A DNA stretch of 32,000 nucleotides from Candidatus Heimdallarchaeota archaeon B3_Heim (GTDB lineage Archaea > Asgardarchaeota > Heimdallarchaeia > Hodarchaeales > Hodarchaeaceae). A model generated the notes under the pieces. The model did not search any database. It was not told the origin of the DNA and was given only the letters and a program-made list of their open reading frames with translations. Positions 28,913 through 32,000 of the stretch are shown here, piece by piece (position 1 is the stretch's first letter; the number at the start of each line of letters is the position of its first letter). Position numbers and translations under genes: made by a program. Location: assembly GCA_003144275.1 (NCBI GenBank), contig NJBF01000004.1, positions 94,559 to 126,558 of the forward strand. The letters run 5' to 3'.

Positions 28913-29872
28913 TCATTGAGATACATTTTTTTCAGAAAAATCTGTGATATTATTAGCAACTTCTTTAACTGTACTAATTTTCATTATAAAAGAAGATAAA
29001 GAACCAGAAAGTAGAATAACGATTGTTTCAATAATTCTTACTGTAAAAACAATCGTTAATGCTATGAAAGCTTCTAATTCAAGTAAACCTGTCAATAAAT
29101 ATGTCCATGAATATTCTTGTGCTCCTAAACCTGCAGGTAGCCCAGAAAATACACCAAAGAGTTGACTTACAAGGGAGAGAGATGCAAAAATAAAATATGG
29201 AATATCAAAAACTAATGAAAGGACAAATAACTGTAATAAAAATGGAATCTGAATAATAAAAGTCCAAGTCAAACATAAGATGATAGATTTGGTATCATTG
29301 GGGTTAAAATCTCCTGGTTTTAAATTTAGGTTTTTCTTGAAATATCTATTAGCTAGAAATGTGACAATAAAAACTATTAGAGCTAAAATTATTCCAGAAT
29401 ATATAACTAGTGAAAAATCTGTAAGGAATTCGGGGGGTAAAAACAATTCATTAGAAAAAAAAGCAAGAATAAGGAATAGAATGGAATAAAAGCATAAAAC
29501 AGTTACATCACAAACCCTTTCATATATATAGGAGGTTTTTTTTTCAATATTGTCTCTTTTACCAATTAAAATCTCATCACGAATTACTTCACCAGCTTTT
29601 CCTGGTGTAAAGTAGCCAATAGCTAATGAAATATTTGTAGCCAATAAAAGCGTTTTATATTTTTCATTTGGTTTAAAAATTTGCCATCTTTTTGCCCGAC
29701 CTGGTAAATATAATAGATTTAGAATTATTAGAACAATTATTCCCAAAATTGTAATTCTGTTTATACTTTCAATGATTTTTTCTATGTTCCCTAAAAGTAT
29801 ATATAAGACAATTACTAGTGTCAATATTCCAACAAACAATCGTACTGCTAAATATATATTTGATGTTCTCAT
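28913..29872 (-). CDS. Lysylphosphatidylglycerol-synthase TM / UPF0104 flippase-like membrane protein
   Basis: RAKRW, TPGKAGEVIR, ERVCDV, LPAGLGAQE, VRII motifs; about 8 TM helices. Confidence 0.8.
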   Translation of the reverse strand: MRTSNIYLAVRLFVGILTLVIVLYILLGNIEKIIESINRITILGIIVLIILNLLYLPGRAKRWQIFKPNEKYKTLLLATNISLAIGYFTPGKAGEVIRDEILIGKRDNIEKKTSYIYERVCDVTVLCFYSILFLILAFFSNELFLPPEFLTDFSLVIYSGIILALIVFIVTFLANRYFKKNLNLKPGDFNPNDTKSIILCLTWTFIIQIPFLLQLFVLSLVFDIPYFIFASLSLVSQLFGVFSGLPAGLGAQEYSWTYLLTGLLELEAFIALTIVFTVRIIETIVILLSGSLSSFIMKISTVKEVANNITDFSEKNVSQ

Positions 29873-30129
29873 AGCTCTGCTCTTAAAAAGTAAATCACCA
29901 TCTATTCATATAACTTTCGCGAACTAAAGTTAAAACTATATTTTGCCAATAGTATCAGGTTCATCATTGAGGAAGAGCGGAAATCCACTGGTGATTGTAT
30001 ATTGTTTTCAGAACATCAAACAAAACCGCGATATCACCTCTGAAAAATCCAAGTTATGCAGCTTTAGGACTTGAAACAACCAAATAAAAGCAACCATGTG
30101 AAACATAACAGTGAGAGTAAAATACTTCT

Positions 30130-30360
30130 CAAGAATGCCTCATTAGTGTAAGTGAGGATTATTCGCTTAGTATAAACGGTGTATACACTATATATTTCAT
30201 AAGCAAATGGCATAACCAAAGAAAGAAAATCGTACACACCAATCAGTAGATGATGTAGGAATGAGAAACTTGTTCTTGTCTCGATAACCAGGCTCAATGG
30301 CAAACAGGTGATATTATCGTTAAAAAAACCTTCCCTCCTCATAAGTCTTTGCATTCGGTC
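30130..30360 (-). mobile_element. Decayed IS4-superfamily (ISH3-like) transposase C-terminal fragment
   Basis: A frame not in the ORF track reads AIEPGYRDKNKFLIPTSSTDWCVRFSFFGYAICL*NI*, resembling the IE(T)xYR...TTS...VR motif; several in-frame stops. Confidence 0.55.
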
Positions 30361-30541
30361 ATGATTGCTTCGATCAAGAGTCTTCCGATAGACTCAAGAA
30401 AAGAAAGATTAGAAAGTCAAAAAGGCTGATTTAAGATCAACAGGTTAAGATTGATTTGTTTTAAACTATTGTTGACGTATCACCTCCAAACATCCAATCG
30501 AATCGCAGGGGGAAAACGGAAGAGATTTAGTTGGACTATAA

Positions 30542-31106
30542 GGAAAAACAGTCATAAAGATTCCAAAATTTTATATCGACGGGTTTTACACTCTGCAATT
30601 GTTGAACAGTGTAATAAAACGGGATATCTTAGACTTCTGGGAACAATCGTATCAAAGAAAAATTCACAAATTACGTGTTCTCCACCGCTGGATCACAACC
30701 ATTCAAAAAGAATTCAAAGACATGGGATAAGTTTCACTAACAACTTTAGCCAATTCTCCGGTCATTAAGGGTACTCATTTAGAGATTTTGAAATGTTTTA
30801 CTGGTTTCTCCCTCTTCAACCTGAAAATCTAACAACAGAAAGGATCAGACTATTAAATGACTTTTTATCTAAATATACATCCCTACAGAAATATCGGGAC
30901 AGGATATGTTAGCCATCGTTGATCATCAAACTGATGAGTTGATCCCAGAGCCTTCTCATTCTGATCCCTTAAAAGCGGCGATCTATACGCTAAGAAGACA
31001 CAAAAGCACCATTCTCAGGTTTTTGGAAGTTTATACTGAAGAACCCTTCCACATCGCCCTACCTTACCGCGTAAACATGGATATTTAATAGAAACGTTAG
31101 AGAACC
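30542..31106 (+). mobile_element. Decayed ISL3-like transposase with possible right end
   Basis: Fragments in three frames: YIDGFYTLQLLN, QPENLTTERIRLLNDFLSKY, LKAAIYTLRRHKSTILRFL. Ends in AGAACC at 31101-31106 (reverse complement GGTTCT, ISL3-like terminus). Confidence 0.5.
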
Positions 31107-31212
31107 ATTTGAGTGTGGATTGATGTGTATTAAAAATAAGTTACGTAAGTATGCGATTGTAATTTGGATATGAAACAAGTTTTTTCTTGAAGAAAGACGA
31201 TCCTGATTAAGA

Positions 31213-31347
31213 ATGAGCGAAATTTATCCTTTACTATTGGAGGCTGACGGCTTGTTGCTGGCATCACCTGTTTATTTTGGTAGGCTTTCCGGGTGCTTGG
31301 CTAATTTTGTGGATAGGCTTCGGGTATTTCATTTAGGCAATTATTAA
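31213..31347 (+). pseudogene. Flavodoxin-like (iron-sulfur flavoprotein / NADPH-FMN reductase) fragment
   Basis: MSEIYPLLLEADGLLLASPVYFGRLSGCLANFVDRL; 44 aa, truncated at both ends. Confidence 0.7.
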
Positions 31348-31408
31348 GAAATGAGGCCCTGGAAGCGTTCGAAAAATGGGAAAAGAATGAAAAGAAAATA
31401 TTGTATTA

Positions 31409-31920
31409 ATGTATGAAAAGTTATCTAAGGATTTTTTTTAAGAGATGCACTTGAAGTAGCTCCGGAACTGTTAGGTAAATACCTGGTAAGAAATTATGAG
31501 ACAAGCGGTGTTGTCAGGTACCTTATTACGGAAGTAGAGGCATACAGAGGCGAAGAAGATAAAGCTTGTCATGCAAGCAAAGGGCGCACAAAACGAACCG
31601 GGATAATGTACCACCGGGGAGGTAGGATTTATGTTTATCTTATATACGGAATGTACTGGATGCTGAATTTTGTTACAGGTGAAAAAGATAATCCCCAGGC
31701 AGTATTGATTAGGGGAATAGAGAATTTCAAAGGTCCGGGGATATTGTCAAGAGAATTAAAAGTTAATAACTCATTTTATGGTGAGGATCTTAATAATTCA
31801 AACAGAATATGGATTGAGAATAGCCACAAAAAGAATGATTTTTATACTGCTTCAAGAGTGGGGATAGATTATGCCGGGGATAAATGGAAAAATAAACCAT
31901 GGCGGTTTATTTTAATGTAA
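31409..31920 (+). CDS. mpg: 3-methyladenine DNA glycosylase (MPG/AAG), frameshifted in a T8 tract at 31432-31439
   Basis: MYEKLSKDFF* in one frame, then RDALEVAPELLGK, ITEVEAY, YVYLIYG, AVLIRGIE, GPG, RVGIDY, PWRF in another. One extra T restores a full-length ORF. Confidence 0.88.
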
Positions 31921-32000
31921 ATTAAGGGGCTATAACGAAAGCAGACGAGTAGTCCTGATTTTATGAATTTTATGAATTAGCCAGGTAATATCGATGATTA

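Noticed and set aside
974-29489. Many short antisense or nested ORFs in the track (e.g. 974-1258, 7635-7856, 9901-10407, 10498-10890, 22594-22845, 24471-24740)
   Set aside because: Shadows of well-supported genes with no independent motifs.
30064-30768. ORFs 30064-30354 and 30451-30768 as real genes
   Set aside because: The transposase-like motifs lie in other frames; these ORFs are by-products of decayed IS sequence.
28471-31106. Stop-codon recoding (Sec/Pyl) to explain in-frame stops
   Set aside because: Stops are of mixed types (TAA, TAG, TGA) and accompanied by frameshifts, which indicates decay.
1-32000. CRISPR array, rRNA or further tRNAs
   Set aside because: No regularly spaced repeats, rRNA-like segment or second T-arm signature noticed by eye; a short degenerate element could be missed.

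Overview
Archaeal window, most consistent with an Asgard (Heimdallarchaeia-like) genome. This is inferred from a BHB-intron tRNA with a C1:G72 pair, a PGF-type C-terminal sorting signal, a TIGR04013-like radical SAM gene and a split MetE; it is not proven. Left: surface Zn-peptidase, tandem two-domain DNA methyltransferase-like gene, Eis-type GNAT, B12-binding radical SAM. The standout is at 6519-7944: an intact tRNA-Tyr(GTA) with two introns (D-loop ~21/22 and canonical 37/38), an opposite-strand free-standing two-motif LAGLIDADG endonuclease, then a 59-nt degenerate copy (49/59 identical) of the tRNA 5' part that includes the D-loop intron. It looks like a minimal tRNA-targeted selfish element. 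Middle: BtuFCD-like ABC importer, bacterial-type MetK, MetF, split MetE, divergent HTH-CBS regulator, TsaA/TrmO and a UroD-family gene. Right: two FtsX/MacB-type permeases (one with a ~600-aa repeat stalk), an AT-rich glycosylation cluster with a GT2 pseudogene, two IS scars, a flavodoxin-like fragment and an MPG gene frameshifted in a poly-T tract. All family calls are from motif recognition; no database search was run.
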